Assembly: GCA_963763775.1 (NCBI GenBank)
Contig: CAVXPZ010000001.1
Coordinates: 1,408,001-1,472,000 of the forward strand
Origin: an uncultured Chloroflexia bacterium
Lineage (GTDB): Bacteria > Chloroflexota > Limnocylindria > Limnocylindrales > CSP1-4
Reading direction: 5' to 3'
DNA: 64,000 bases
In this document: positions 62,571 to 64,000 of the stretch, piece by piece
How the letters are laid out: each line of letters starts with the position of its first letter
Numbering within the stretch: the first letter of the stretch is position 1
Notes under the pieces: generated by a model
What the model was told of the DNA's origin: nothing
Databases searched by the model: none
The model's input: the letters and a program-made list of their open reading frames with translations, nothing else
Made by a program: the position numbers and the translations under genes

Positions 62571-64000
62571 TCAGTCGAGCGTGACGCGCTCGTGCCAGTG
62601 CGGGACGTGCGTCGCGAACCCGAGGTCGCGCACCTTCGGCTCCAGGGCGATCTGCGCCTCGGGATCGCCGTGGACGAGGAACACGCGGCGCGGATAGCCG
62701 GCGTCACCGGGGTGCTTGCCCGCCGAGAACGAACGCAGCCAGTCGAGCAGCTCGCTCTCGTCGGCGTGCGCCGAGAACCCGCTGATCGAGCGGATCTGGC
62801 AGCGAACGGCGCGAGCCTGGCCGTCGAGCTTCACCGTCTTCGCGCCGGCCTGGAGGTGCGAGCCGAGGGTCCCCTCCCCCTGGTAGCCGACGAAGAGGAT
62901 CGTGGCCGCCGGGTCGTCGATGAGGTTGCGCAGATGGCCGACGACGCGGCCGCCGGTCAGCATCCCGTTCGAGGCCACGATCATGTACGGCCGCGGCGCC
63001 CGGGCGATCGCCTGCGATTCCTTCACGTTCTGCGTGATGATCTGGTTCGGGTAGTCGAGCGGCGTCGCCCCGTCCCGCAGGAGCTTCGCGGTCTCCTCGT
63101 CGTAGTAGTCCGGGTGGTGCCGGTAGATGTCGGAGGCCTTCGAGGCCATCGGCGAGTCGAGGTAGAGCGGGAGCAGCGGGATCTCGCCGCGCTCGATGAG
63201 CCGGTCGAGTTCCCAGACCACCTCCTGCGTCCGCCCGATCGCGAACGAGGGCACCAGCAGCACGCCGTCCGCGGCCGCGACCATCCGGATCGTCTCGGCG
63301 AGGACGCGGATCGACTCGGCCTCGGGCTCGTGCTCGCGTCCGCCGTACGTGGACTCGACGAGGACGTAGTCCGCGGCCGGCATCGGCGTCGGATCGCGCA
63401 GGATCGGGGTCCCCGGGCGACCGAGATCCCCGGAGAACACGATGACCCGCTCCTCCCCGCCGGGCTGGTCCACGACTCGCAGCCGGATGATCGCCGAGCC
63501 CAGGATGTGACCGGCGTCCACGAACAGCGCGTGGATCCCGGGGGCGACCTCGACCTCCTCGCCATAGCCGACGGGCCGGAACGACGCGAGCGACGCCTCG
63601 GCGTCCTTGGCCGTGTACAACGGCTCGTCGAGGTCGATCTGGAGCTCCGGGGGTTGGGCGCGCAGGTCTGCCTCGGGATCGCGCGGCCAGGTGGCGGGCG
63701 CGCTCGGATCGCGGGCCGGCTCCACGGTCGTCTCGACGTGCTGGCCGCCCTCGGCGTCACCCTCCGCGGCCAGCGCGATCGCCGCGGCGTACTCGTCGGC
63801 CTCCTTGCGGTCGTCGGCGGCGACCTGGTCCGGATGCCGCTTCTCCCAGCGGGCCTCGCGCTTCGCGAACTCCTCGTGGAGCTTGCCCGAGTCCAGGAGC
63901 ACCAACCCCGCGAGTTCGATCGTGCCGGCCGTCGCGTGGATCGGCCCGGTGTAGCCAGCCTTCACGAGCAGCGGCAACAGCCCGCAGTGGTCCAGGTGCG
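62571..64000 (-). CDS. MBL-fold beta-CASP RNase-like hydrolase (5' end beyond window)
   Basis: HLDHCG at the window edge; AGHILGS, FSGDLG, ESTYG, PSFAIGRTQE, FSAHAD, LVHGD. Confidence 0.92.
   Translation of the reverse strand, partial: HLDHCGLLPLLVKAGYTGPIHATAGTIELAGLVLLDSGKLHEEFAKREARWEKRHPDQVAADDRKEADEYAAAIALAAEGDAEGGQHVETTVEPARDPSAPATWPRDPEADLRAQPPELQIDLDEPLYTAKDAEASLASFRPVGYGEEVEVAPGIHALFVDAGHILGSAIIRLRVVDQPGGEERVIVFSGDLGRPGTPILRDPTPMPAADYVLVESTYGGREHEPEAESIRVLAETIRMVAAADGVLLVPSFAIGRTQEVVWELDRLIERGEIPLLPLYLDSPMASKASDIYRHHPDYYDEETAKLLRDGATPLDYPNQIITQNVKESQAIARAPRPYMIVASNGMLTGGRVVGHLRNLIDDPAATILFVGYQGEGTLGSHLQAGAKTVKLDGQARAVRCQIRSISGFSAHADESELLDWLRSFSAGKHPGDAGYPRRVFLVHGDPEAQIALEPKVRDLGFATHVPHWHERVTLD

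Overview
Very high-GC bacterial chromosomal window with about 55 genes. Gene content (GH57/GH13 glycogen cluster, F420-type LLM/PPOX enzymes, YitJ, Cys/His-finger LysM protein) suggests a soil/sediment Chloroflexota such as Limnocylindria; this taxonomy is inference only. No prophage, transposase, integrase, CRISPR array or rRNA was seen. There is one tRNA-Gly(TCC). At least 13 genes carry small frameshifts, often at homopolymer runs, which points to long-read indel errors rather than mass pseudogenisation. Main modules: glycogen/alpha-glucan cluster (7-19 kb), NiSOD sodN-sodX, MarR-MFS efflux, a Zn/Mn ABC operon whose binding protein is truncated at a deletion-like junction, and a GGDEF-EAL gene divergent from a surface protein. 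The best candidate for an undescribed system is a putative methyl-compound demethylation locus (55.3-61.9 kb): Rieske oxygenase, DmdA-like T-protein, BetI-like TetR, a second T-protein and a PYROXD2/CrtI-like flavoprotein. Other notable signals: pervasive leaderless promoters, an unannotated 45-aa membrane peptide divergent from a GntR with TGGACTA repeats, a switch-like 5' UTR on the DEAD-box helicase, an archaeal-type ACT-DUF5612 protein, and two long foldback intergenic elements.
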